Source: Stramenopiles sp. TOSAG23-6 (taxonomy: Eukaryota). From it: 32,329 nt of DNA. The notes under the pieces are model-generated. The model searched no databases. It was given only the letters and a program-made list of their open reading frames with translations, and had not been told where the DNA came from. Below, one piece after another: positions 1 to 11,145 of the stretch. The DNA lies in the NCBI GenBank assembly GCA_900128565.1, contig LT635959.1:1-32329 (forward strand). The letters are read 5' to 3'. The stretch's first letter is position 1, and every line of letters starts with the position of its first letter. The translations under genes and the position numbers were made by a program.

Positions 1-93
1 AAGTTTCAGAGCGATTCATGGACAAATGAAAAAGTTGGAGTGATATGGTTACAGTAATTTCTGCCATTCTTTTTTCAAGTCAATTCAATTCAT

Positions 94-132
94 ACATTTA
101 TTATACTAGAAAGCACATTTATTATACTAGAA
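94..132. repeat. Tandem 18-nt direct repeat ACATTTATTATACTAGAA (period 21) just 3' of the transposase stop
   Basis: Copies at 94-111 and 115-132. Confidence 0.85.
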
Positions 133-138
133 CGCTAA

Positions 139-3100
139 CTATACATATTCATACACACTGAGATACTTTTTCTTTAAATAAACGAGCTTGGCTTTCAATT
201 TGTTAACAAATCTTCCCGTTGGATTAAGAGCAGTATCCGTCATATCTCCCTGAAATGTTGGAAATTCTATATGTTGATCGTGATTGTTTTGTAGTATAGG
301 TGGCTTAAACTTGTCCTTTCTTGCTGTCTTATATCCTCCAATTCCCTGAGATTTTTCTACATTATTATCAAGTAAAAGTACTGCATCATACTGTGGTAAC
401 TCAATTCGATGGAATAAAGCAACTGGCTTTATCACAATAACTTTTTTAGTTCCGGGGAAAAATCTATTTCTTCCTTTCTTTGCAAATTGTTGATGACTAT
501 AAAAAGCGTACTTTACTATTTTGTTCTTCCCTACACTACCTAATCCATACGGTTTAAGATAACCAAGAAGAATATTCAGTTGTGTCTGTCCTTTAGAACC
601 GCACCACAAGCCAAGATCTAACCAATCTTTGAATTCAACACCTGTTATAAAATTTATGAACTCTTTTAAGTATGGACGGAACACAGGTTTGGCACGCGGC
701 TTGCCTTCGACCCATTTACGGTATAATAGCAGCTCGTTTATGTCTAGAAAAAGAAGGATTTTCCCAATTTTTGTTACTCTAGCGTCTCCTACATTATTTA
801 TACGCTCACGTTCTGACCATTCTAAATGTATACCAGGAATCTCGTATTTCTCCGAATGCTCTATCATACTTTTACTCGTATTTTTTGTTTTCCCGAATTC
901 TTTTGATAAACTCAGTCGTGTACTTCCATTATGGTTAAGACGCGTGTTTTTACCCAAAAATCCCCCTTCCTTTATATTTTTTGAATGTTGAACTCGTTGC
1001 GCAGCTGACTGCATTCTATTGGCCTTCTCAAGACGCTTGCGTAACCGTTCCTTCTGAGTCTGTCGTCGCCATACTTCGTTCATACGATTTTCTACTTTTT
1101 TTTTTTCTACTTTCCGTACTCTTGGTAAAACAGGTAAGCCTGCTTCTTTTATGCATTCAAGCCTCCATGAGTATTCATCTCCAAAAAAATGGTACATTGC
1201 AGTAGCATTGCTTCTCATTGCTCCCATAGCTGCAATTCCATTCCAGTGTGGTTCTGAAATCTTCCGTCTCTTTGTACCTCTAGTGTGAGTAAATGCAAAT
1301 CCTACTTCACTCACGTTTGTAGTTACTCTCCCATGTTCTCTATCAATCAAACTATCAGCTTTTTCAACACGCTTGTCGCAAATTGTTTTTATGAGCTTTC
1401 TGTGCGCGTCACACGAAACTATCAGCCGTTTTTCAGTTTTAGTAACACCATCTTCATGATGTTGGCATGACGTAACCTCTCCATCAATCACAGCAGAGTG
1501 AACATCATTTAAACAATGAAAAAGCATTTGTACATACCTAGCATACCAACAAGGATCTCTACGTGCGCCTGCTTCTTTTTGTAGCTTGAAGTTTGCTGCT
1601 TTTGACCATTTCATATGGTCACTACTCCTGATGCAACCACAAAAGTTAATCACACGTGCGGGAATTGTACGTTTGTACTTCAATCCCCTTTCTTTTCCAC
1701 TATCCTTTTTAATATTCTTTGGCAGGGTAAAGTCTACCAGTCCATGCTCTTTTGTTTCTAATTGTATTGTTTGGTCTGGACACCACGAATCCTCAACTTT
1801 AACCGTATGTGTGAATATTTTTTTTTTTGCTGGTACATTTCTCGTTGTCCACGTATGCGATTTGTTCTTACATCCGCAGCCTTTCGGCTTCTTGGCTGCA
1901 GCCGTCTCAATTGCTTTTCCAAAACATTTGTTGTCATGGGCGCAACATGCTCTCAAGAGTGCCCATGGGAAAAGAATTTTCAGAATTATGTCAACAGCTG
2001 TATCACCATCACTTATAGACGTCAAGGACTCTTTACCGTAACCCAATGCTTGTAATTCAAGAAATACAAATGTACAAAGAAGTGATTCAAAACTTGCACT
2101 TGTTCCCAAGGATGGATTTTCTTTACTATTCCTTGACATAGTTTTATAGGCCATGATAGCCCCATATAGTCGCGGTTCTCGAACTTGGAATTGTGCATGA
2201 GGGGCATTACTACCTGGTGTATTCCAGGCACAATCTGCAGACGTCAGTGCATTTTCAAAATAACCCTTCAGTTTCGCTTGCCTGTGTGCTTCGTTTACTT
2301 CTCTATCTAATACCCGTATCGTGATTTTGGCAAATTCATCTATTACACTATTAAAAATAGGTTTACTATAAGGGTCTGCACCAAGTAAATCGAAAAAATC
2401 TTTATATTCAGAATAAAAGCCGCGTCCTCCTCCAAGAAACATTGTGAATATTATAGTCCTTCCTAAGTTCCATCGTCTTACATTATTGATTGAGTCATCT
2501 GGTATTGAGTCACCAGATACATTACCACCTAAAGAGCATTCTTCTCCACAGCCATCACACTTGAATTTTACAAATAGCTCGCACCCACGGCCTTTCAATG
2601 GTATTGGAACTATTTGATATTTCCCTCCACAACGTTTACCGTTAACAATTTTGTCATGAGAGGTATCCATACATTTAAAAAGGTCTGCTATGTGTGCTTC
2701 AGAAGTTATCCCATATCTTTTGATTTGTGATTTCCTGTTGGCCTCGGCCTTTTGTTTTAGTACATGAATTCGAAGGCTAGCATGTTTTCTAACTTGTGGG
2801 TATTTCTTTTCAAGAGCAATAACAGGTGCACCTTGGTCTAGTTGAATTGGAATTTCAGGGTTAAGTCCTGCTCCATCTTTATTGGCTCTTCTTTTCAGTC
2901 TAGCACTTAGCCATGGCTTATATACTCTAGATGTTTTGGGGCTTATAAACTTTCCATCAGGTCGACTTTTCCAACCAGCAGCTTCTAATCTTCTTTCAGA
3001 TTGTTCGGGAAGAGTTGATACAAACTTTCGTTTGCTTGTGTTGTTCGTCGTTGACGACGACGTTGACCGGTCCGTTGACCGGTCCGTTGACCGTGTAACT

Positions 3101-3411
3101 CGTTGAGCCTCTCCAACTTCTCTTCCAACTGCAATTGGTCTTGAAGCTGAACCAAGTAGCCCACTACCTCTTTTCGTCGCCATTGCACATGGGGTGTATG
3201 AACTGTGAGCCATTGGCATCAATTTCTCTGGTTGTTCCAGAATATTTTTCATGGTGCCAGAAAGACCTGTCTGTGATGACGCATGGTCATCTTTGTTCTT
3301 TTTTGCATCACTTCGAATGGGAAATACACGCTTTTTTTTTTTNTTTCGATCATTCATCATCTTAGCCCATGCTTTCCTTTTCTTGGGACCCATTCCTCCC
3401 ATTCCTCCCAT
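139..3411 (-). CDS. Mutator-like (MULE) DDE transposase with C-terminal FCP1/NIF-like HAD phosphatase domain
   Basis: Intronless ORF; first ATG at 3411. It has a CxxC ribbon (FKCDGCGE) and motifs SADCAWNTPGSNAPH, SASFES, ISDGDT, CCAHDNKCF and TTNVSE in the order typical of Mutator-like transposases. The C-terminus (LLFLDINELLLYR..VFRPYLKEF..LGLWCGS..LLLDNNVEKS) resembles NIF/FCP1 domains. One N at 3343. Confidence 0.7.
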   Translation of the reverse strand: MGGMGGMGPKKRKAWAKMMNDRXKKKKRVFPIRSDAKKNKDDHASSQTGLSGTMKNILEQPEKLMPMAHSSYTPCAMATKRGSGLLGSASRPIAVGREVGEAQRVTRSTDRSTDRSTSSSTTNNTSKRKFVSTLPEQSERRLEAAGWKSRPDGKFISPKTSRVYKPWLSARLKRRANKDGAGLNPEIPIQLDQGAPVIALEKKYPQVRKHASLRIHVLKQKAEANRKSQIKRYGITSEAHIADLFKCMDTSHDKIVNGKRCGGKYQIVPIPLKGRGCELFVKFKCDGCGEECSLGGNVSGDSIPDDSINNVRRWNLGRTIIFTMFLGGGRGFYSEYKDFFDLLGADPYSKPIFNSVIDEFAKITIRVLDREVNEAHRQAKLKGYFENALTSADCAWNTPGSNAPHAQFQVREPRLYGAIMAYKTMSRNSKENPSLGTSASFESLLCTFVFLELQALGYGKESLTSISDGDTAVDIILKILFPWALLRACCAHDNKCFGKAIETAAAKKPKGCGCKNKSHTWTTRNVPAKKKIFTHTVKVEDSWCPDQTIQLETKEHGLVDFTLPKNIKKDSGKERGLKYKRTIPARVINFCGCIRSSDHMKWSKAANFKLQKEAGARRDPCWYARYVQMLFHCLNDVHSAVIDGEVTSCQHHEDGVTKTEKRLIVSCDAHRKLIKTICDKRVEKADSLIDREHGRVTTNVSEVGFAFTHTRGTKRRKISEPHWNGIAAMGAMRSNATAMYHFFGDEYSWRLECIKEAGLPVLPRVRKVEKKKVENRMNEVWRRQTQKERLRKRLEKANRMQSAAQRVQHSKNIKEGGFLGKNTRLNHNGSTRLSLSKEFGKTKNTSKSMIEHSEKYEIPGIHLEWSERERINNVGDARVTKIGKILLFLDINELLLYRKWVEGKPRAKPVFRPYLKEFINFITGVEFKDWLDLGLWCGSKGQTQLNILLGYLKPYGLGSVGKNKIVKYAFYSHQQFAKKGRNRFFPGTKKVIVIKPVALFHRIELPQYDAVLLLDNNVEKSQGIGGYKTARKDKFKPPILQNNHDQHIEFPTFQGDMTDTALNPTGRFVNKLKAKLVYLKKKYLSVYEYV

Positions 3412-3602
3412 GCTAAAAATGGGGGAAATGTGAATTAGTGCGGCAATATTTGATATAGTACACCAAAGAAGATAAAAAACATAACAATTCTCGCGCGTAA
3501 TTTTTCTTTTAAAAAATCGCGCGAAAAGGCAAAACACGAAAAAACGGTTTACTTACCTCTTAAGCGATCTGAGCGACCGTTATATTGTTATATTTACTTT
3601 GC

Positions 3603-3616
3603 AAACCCTAACCCTA
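3603..3616. promoter_or_regulatory. Telomere-like repeat/telo-box AAACCCTAACCCTA in divergent promoter
   Basis: Two CCCTA(A) units between head-to-head genes; the regulatory role is inferred. Confidence 0.55.
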
Positions 3617-3798
3617 GTTACTACTAGTAGCGCTATTAAAAAAAAAAAAAGGCAGAAAAAAAGGCAGAAAAAAGAAATTTCCTCGGCGACTTGACCTTGA
3701 CTTTGGACTTCCGTTACACAAACAAAATTAATTTTACAGTAAAAGCTTCTTTATTTGATTTGTGTCTTCTACTGATTGTGTCTACTGGAAAACATAAA

Positions 3799-6193
3799 AT
3801 GATGATTGGTGGGGTGAACTTAAGCGCTGTAATAAAGTCAAATGACAATGAAGAATCATTTCTTCTTGTGGACGAAGGAAAATGTGGAGATATCACAACT
3901 TCACCTGAGCAAAAGAAAAATGTTCCAAACTTTTGTACATGTACTACAAAAAAGACCGAGTCTTTATCTTTCCAAAATCAACACGAAATGGACAACTTGA
4001 TGAGTGAGTCCGAGATGGACTTGTTTTCTACATTTGAAATTATGCTTGAGCAGTTTTCCTTTGGTGTTGGGGGTAATCTGACTGACGACTGCGAACAGTT
4101 GGAAGAGTCTGCCGCAAACTTTGACGACAAAATGATGGAGTATACAACTGGAACTGACGGTGAAGTTCACATGGTATTCAAATTGACTGAAGATATGTTG
4201 GAATATCTTCAAGGCCATGATGAGTCTTCTTGGGAGTATGTCTACTCGGAAGCACAAAAAAACAAAGACTCCTCTGAAAGTCAGCCAGTTGATGCTGACA
4301 GTGTAATTAAGGATGAATTTTTAAGAATCTCTCGTGAACAAACACCTGATATGTACGAGAGAAAATACCATCCCTTGCGTTTTTCAATCTTAAATTCATT
4401 ATACCTCGTTTCAATGTGGTTCATTCTCCTTGTCTCAACTATTGCAATGGATAACATCGTTGGCCAAAAGCTCTTTCAACCATGGGCATATACGAGTACA
4501 TTTAACCGTGAACTAATTGAATACAGATTTATGAGCAAGAGAAATTCATTCAATATGAACAAGAGAAATTCATTCAATATGAACAAGAGAAACTCATTGA
4601 ATACTCGTGAATTCGAAAACCTTGCACATGCAAAATATGAAAATGTATTCTATATGTCAACTTGGGCCAAAAAGAAATTAAAGCAACATCCAAAAAAACA
4701 TAATTCAAATGAAAACAAAAAAGATATTTTGAATCCTCCGGAGGTACTTTTTAATTATTACTTTCAATTTTTTTTTTCACAGTAAATTTCATACCTAACG
4801 AGTTTCAAATGTGATATATTTTTTCAGAATACATGTCAAATCGGCTTTGGTATGGCCCTCTTTGAGTGAATTAAATGCATATAATTTACCTCGTGGAAAC
4901 TATAATGAGTCAGTATTACCTATGCATAATCAAAATTTCAACAAAACAAACGATGACTTCTATGGGCCAATTGGAAGTAGAAATAAAAAAGACACATCTA
5001 AATTCATCCCCGTAAGTACGTACTCTGGTGCGAAGAACGAAACACTTAAGGAGAAAGTTTCTCCAGTTGGACCTGTACCAGCTAGTAATAAAGCTCAAAA
5101 GCATACTAAAACTGTCTGGTTTGCGATTGGTGAAAAAGGTGAATCTGTTCCCTCAGGAACGTACGAATACCGAAGTAATCATACACTCTTTCATAAAAGG
5201 AATAAATTCAAAATTAAAAAGGATGGTGCATCATCACTTGCTCTTGTATTAGCAAGTCCAATCGGTCAAAAATGGAAAGAATATGCACGTCAAGTTCGCT
5301 CCCAACTCTATGTTACAAGTGTACAAGTGTTAAAGGATGATGTTTTACTATCAAAATTATTCACTTTGTTCGCAAAAGAGCAATGGCAACGTAAATCTGA
5401 TAAAGATCAGCGCGATGCAATGGCAATGCAACTGGTGATAAGGACTAAAAGCACCGGGTCTCCTCAGTTTATGTCTGATTATGTACAGAATTTTTTAAAA
5501 CATCAGCATATTAATGAATTTTGTTCAAGACAACGCTTATCTGACAAAACAAAAAAGTGTTCATTTGAAGGAAACAAATCACTTGTACCTGTGTATGAGT
5601 TTGCTGTAGTTTCGCCAAAAATGCCAAGCGCATATTGGACTTACTCAACATACCCAACGCCTAAGGTGGACTCTTCATTCTTCTGCAATGAAAAAAAGTG
5701 TCCGTGGTGGGCAGCCATGTTACAGAATGACTCAAGCGAACGTAGCGCAAGTCTGTCTCATGTTGATTCGAAAGCTATGCAGTTGGTTTCAATGTCTAGT
5801 GCACTCACTAAGCTTGAAAATGATATAAGCCATCCTGACACGTGGGGGGAAGAGTTCAATTTTGATAATTTCAATTATGAGAATGCTGAAGAAAATGTCG
5901 CATCATTTGAAGATGCATTGAAATATGTTGAAGCAACACTTTCAGAAGAAGAATCTTGGTTAGTTGAACACCAAAGGCAACTATGGATTGAATTTGCAAA
6001 GACAGAAGTAGCACGTCAAGAATTGTTGTTGCAAAAAAACCTTGTTTATATTGCACGAGCATTCATGAAGGATCTCGAAGACAGAGCAGAAGTGCCAGCA
6101 GCAGCAGCAGCCCGGGCAGCAGCCGCAGCAGCAGCACCGGCAGCAGCAGCAGAAACAGCGGCGGCAGCAGCAGCAGCAGCAGCATCAAACTGA
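3799..6193 (+). CDS. Hypothetical protein, 2 exons (3799-4743, 4835-6193), ~767 aa, with one hydrophobic segment and a poly-Ala tail
   Basis: ORFs 3691-4785 and 4811-6193 join in frame (PPE|VKSALVWP) on removal of intron 4744-4834. Contains a 24-nt x3 repeat (MxKRNSxN) at 4531-4602 and a GCA tract at ~6097-6184. Confidence 0.6.
4744..4834 (+). other. Family intron 1, 91 nt, GT...AT
   Basis: GAG|GTACTTT...TACCTAAC...TATTTTTTCAGAATACAT|GTC. The CAG ending at 4827 gives a frameshift and stop. Confidence 0.75.
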
Positions 6194-6376
6194 TGTGAAT
6201 TTGGCCGTATAATTTACGTTTCTGTGAAACATATTTTGTGGTTCACAAAGAGGATGTGTACTATAAAGTAAAATAAAACAATTCGTAAAAGATTCCCTTT
6301 ATTAAATTTCAATGTACTGGCTACATATTTCATCATACTCCGAATACTCATAGCCAATCCTTGCTCAATGAAAGCA

Positions 6377-9300
6377 TTATTCATTAGATAACATACTACT
6401 AATATAATGCTTCCATTGTATATTCACGTATTTATATGTATAGCGAAGCTTGACATTTATCGTATTATAAACATTACGAATATAGAACTTACATATCATA
6501 TTTATTTTTTCCGCTGTCACTATAATTTTATAGTCATGGAGAAGCTTGTTATGTATTTTCTTATAAATATTATATGTATAGTAGGCATATAACATTTTTA
6601 CTCTATGAAGAGGCCACCTTTGCTTACATCTCGTAAGAAAAGACTGATACTTATCTAAATAATACTCTAAATCATTCATCCCCTGATAAATTATCTCTAA
6701 AAAAAAATCCAATAATTTAGTTTCGTTACACTGCATCTCCTGCTTCATTTTGGATCTGATGACAAGGTCTCTAGTAAAGTCAACAATTTCTTCTGCTGTG
6801 TGGTTTTGGGGAAAGGGTTCGAAACCTTTGAAATCTTCGAAATCTTCTAAATAGTACGCTTTGTGTAATATTTGAGGGGTAAATCTTAAATTTGTCGCAT
6901 CTTCCATAATTGCATTTCGAACTATTTCATCTCGTTGGATATCTGAAAGGCTACTAGCAAAACTTTTAATGCCTTCTTCATTCATATTGTGTATATCAAT
7001 ACCAAATTTGACGTCTATAGGAGAAACATTCGTCTCCTCTGAAATTTCTTTTAGTCGTATTTCTAGAAGCCTATCGCGATTCTTCTTATATACTCGCTGG
7101 TGATACTTTTCAGAAAATCCGGATAACTTTCTTTGGATTCGGTTAACTGATTTCAAATGTTTTCTGACATTTTCTGACTGAACATAGATAGAGGAAGAGA
7201 ACATCGTTTGAACAAGTTTAGAATCCGCTTTATCAAGAAGATTGTAACTTTTGACAATACCTTGTCTAGAATTTTCGTCTGAAGAATATATCGCATTGCA
7301 TGCTGTAAAGTCATTGATGTGTGACGTCGTGTTTCCTATTTGTGTTGAAGTCATTTGCTTTTGTTTGCATGATTTCTCACTAAATGAAGAATTGCCAGGA
7401 ATATTTGACAGCATATGATAACGTAACATATCTTCTGCCGTCACAACATTGCCTAATGTCGTTGTGTTGAATTTGGATTCTTTATACACAACATTATTAC
7501 TTTGCTTACTTATATCTATATAACAAACAAATACATTTCTTCGTATTGAAAGTTTCACAAAGCGTTCAAAGTTAAGCAATAGCGCAACTCTATTAATCTT
7601 TTTGTGAACTATATCCGATATTCTCTTTGACTCAGGAGTGCTGTTGTCAATAATTCCAATAAGAGCAAATTTTCCTGAACTAATATAGGTCATATTATTC
7701 GATCGCAGCGGAGGTACATCAAGTATTCTATGTCTTCTTCTCATCCGCCTGTTATCGCATGTACCCGCTAAAGAAATTGAATTTACAGCAACCTCATTTG
7801 AAAGCTCTGAATGAAAGTAAGCGTATATGCTCGAAATGTTTCCTTTAGTGTATACCCAATGATCCTCATCTAGTGGAAGTGTATAATTTTGTCCAATTTG
7901 AAGAGTAATTGGTTCATTGTAATGTTCTAATCTAATATCAATTGCACCTGAGATTAATTGAATAAAGACTTGTGAAACTTCAGTTCCATTCAAATAATTT
8001 CGTAATACTTTCCCAGGAAGGTCAGCAACAAAAGTTGCATCTAGATCTTCTGTTTTTGCATTTTCATTCACCCGTTCAAAGAAATTTCGATTATCATCAT
8101 ATTTAAATAGTTCAGGCATGAGCCATTCATTAAATCTCCATGGTGACCAAGTCAAATTTGTCGCTCCAAAATCAAAATCTGGATTAACAATTCGCTGATT
8201 CTGGTTATCATTCAAAGATCCCCAAAAGTCAAAATAAAGACTAAATCCTTCGCCATATTCTGAAGCATACTCACGCTTAATACATTGGCTAAAAGTGAAT
8301 ATCATATCCGGACTGAATTTCCATCTGTTTCTCTTTTTTTTGTGCCAGCCTAGCTTTTCGTAATAATCTTCCTTAAGTAAAATAATGGAATCTTCATTAA
8401 TACCTCTTATACCACCGGCAGGTACTATCTCTACACTCGTATATTGCTGAGTATTCCAATCAATCATCATGGTATAGCTATATCCATATAAACCTCGACC
8501 CCAGACATTATTATATCCTTTTGTGATAAAATGTGAATATGGCAAAAAACATTCGAATGTCACTAAAACCAATAAGCAAATCACAGTAAAATGATGCCAA
8601 CAATGAATCCTTTTCCTATCAATTTTCTCGCGCGATTCTTTAACATTTAACGTAGCAGGTAGTAAATATCTATCACGTTGATCATTGTAATAATAAATAC
8701 AACGTGAAGACATTTGGGAATTTGATAGTAAAGGCAGGGTATAATAAGACACATTACAAATATAATGCAATATATTTGAAGTGCGAGATAATACAAACCT
8801 AGGCCAACTCGGATTCCACCAAATACTTATTAATCCAATGCACACATGTGGAAATACACCAATTTCAAATAAGTTTACATTTACAGAATGAAAGAAAAAA
8901 CAAACCATACTGGCTACTACTCTGGTTTTTGGATGCATTAGCAAAAATCCTATACATAAATCGAAGCCAAGTCCGCCAGTATTGATAAATAATTTACGAA
9001 AATCTTCTTCAAATGTTAAATTAAAGTTATCTAAAATTGGCATTATGATGGGTTTCACATAAAACTGCATAAATGGAAGACGAGCAATCCATTTCAGTGA
9101 TTTGCCATTTACCCAATCGTTTGAAGAGGCTTTCTTTAAACCTGCTATAAAATAAAGAATGAAATTTATGATGCGTAAAAGCATTACGTTCCACGCTGGT
9201 ACATGGAAACCTTTATCCCAAAGAATTGCTTTAATTCGAATGGGATGAAAAATTTTACGAGATAGGAAAGAGTCAACCTTTTCACAACAGCGTTTTGTCA

Positions 9301-10808
9301 AGTTATTACGTTTTTCATTTTCAATTTTCCAAGTGCTCTTCTCCTTCTCTTCATCACTTGCTTTATATGTGATGAAACAGGAAAACAATACGCAATCGAA
9401 TGACCAACAGGCATGACACTCTAAAAATATCATCACAGTCTTAAGTGTTGCAAATAAATACGAGTGATTATTCCAGTGAGTTTTGTCTAACAAAAATAAA
9501 TACCAAGCACCAATAGCACAGATAAAACAAGAAAATTTGTAGAAAAATCCTAAAATAATTCCAATATGAGCAAAAGTAAGTACAGCTCTGAACAAAACGA
9601 AACCATCCCAATTTAAAGGAGTTATCCATGAAAAATAACTAAAATGACACTTGTCATTAGTCAACAAATACTGATTATAAAGACGTTCCATGATGAAATC
9701 AAACATCATTACAATACCGAAGAAAATTCTCCAAATTGCGAGAGACGAGCCATCTATGGGTGCACAAAGTTGTGCAACAATGTTATTCCAAATACTCAAT
9801 TTTACGTTTTTATCATTTGTATCATTTGTATCAATACTCAATTTTACGTTTATATCATTTGTATCATTTGTATCATTTCCATTATCTGCAATTTTATAGG
9901 TATCTTTATCTGTACTTATATCCATTGACATTTCAAAAAATCTTTGTTTATCACGACGTTCTCGTCTTTTCTCATCTCTCTGACGTTTATGTATTGTAAA
10001 AAAATATTTTTTTTCATAAAAAAAATCGTTAGGTACGAAATTTCATACCAAAAAAAAAAAAACATGATGAAGAAAAACGTACATCTACCATTTCATTAAG
10101 TGTTGCTTTTAAATAAGCAATTTTACGTTCGTATGTCATAACTATTTGATCTTCCCGTACGATTGAAGCTGAATCTATTGTCAATTGACTTATATCATAA
10201 TCCATGTTCTTTTTTTGATCATTTTGTAGAGTATTCAACGATTTAGAATGATTTCCACTGTCTTGTATAGAATGTTTCATATTTATGTCATTCGTTATGG
10301 TTAGGTTTTCATCTTCAGGAAGTGTATTTTCTGGAAGGGTGTACATTAATCCGACCTCAAGTGCAACAGTTGGATCTATCGTTTCATTTTCATGAATGCC
10401 TTTAAGTTTTATCAATTCTTCTTTCAATTTTTGATGTTTGATCTTTTTTTCTTTTATTCGTTCCATTTTTAAATTTTCCTCTCTCAATTTTCCCTCTTTT
10501 ATATGTTCAAGTTTCAATTTTTCTTCTTTTTCAATTGTTGTATCTTGTTTTATTGGTTTTATTTGACTCGAACAGATATTATTACAACACAATCGATTCA
10601 ATTCTGCATTCAGATTTCCTTGAAACAATTCAGTTTCATCCTCAATTGTTGGTGAGTTTGCACTTCGTCTAGATCCAAATTTAAATCCTAGACGCATTCG
10701 AGCAACGAATTCTATGGGAGAGGATGGTTTGTATGTTTTCTTTTTCATAATATTAGCTTTGTCCTCCTGGGCATTTATACGTAAATTTTGCTTCTCTTTC
10801 TTTGGCAT
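6377..10808 (-). CDS. GGCX: Vitamin K-dependent gamma-glutamyl carboxylase-like protein, 2 exons (10808-10083, 9988-6377), ~1445 aa
   Basis: HTTM/VKG-carboxylase motifs DGSSLAIWRIFFG, FLLDKTHWNNHSYL, YFIAGLKK, LPYSHFITKGYNN, GLYGYS, SLN..QRIVNP and FVADLPG. The upstream 259-aa ORF joins in frame through intron 9989-10082 (EMVD|KRQRDEKRR...FFEMSMD). Confidence 0.85.
9989..10082 (-). other. Family intron 2, 94 nt, GT...AT
   Basis: GAT|GTACGTTT...TTTCGTACCTAAC...AAATATTTTT...ACAATACAT|AAA. An in-frame CAG 9 nt downstream is an alternative acceptor. Confidence 0.75.
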
Positions 10809-11002
10809 TTTTTTCTTAATATATCAATATCTCTGTGCTATTTTCAATTATATTAAAATTATAGTTTAGCTATACTAACTATGTCGTGCGTAGTCGATTG
10901 TAGATACCTTGTTAAGATATACGTAAGATACGTTACTCTCGCTACACTACAGGTTTCGTTTCTGTGCAACTTGCATCAGATCACATAATCTCCGACTATA
11001 GC

Positions 11003-11022
11003 TAGGGTTAGGGTTAGGGTTT
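11003..11022. promoter_or_regulatory. Telomere-like repeat/telo-box TAGGGTTAGGGTTAGGGTTT in divergent promoter
   Basis: About three TTAGGG units between head-to-head GGCX and WDR34. Confidence 0.6.
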
Positions 11023-11145
11023 TTTTAACGTAAGTACGTAACGGTTAAAATAAAATTCACACTTCCAAAGCTTCAAACAAAAAAAAATCCAGAGACCAAG
11101 GTAAAGCCAAGGTAAAATGTCTATTTGATATACTCACTCTGAATA

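Noticed and set aside
1-3690. Terminal inverted repeats for the transposase element
   Set aside because: No convincing inverted pair between the flanks; the left end may lie outside the window.
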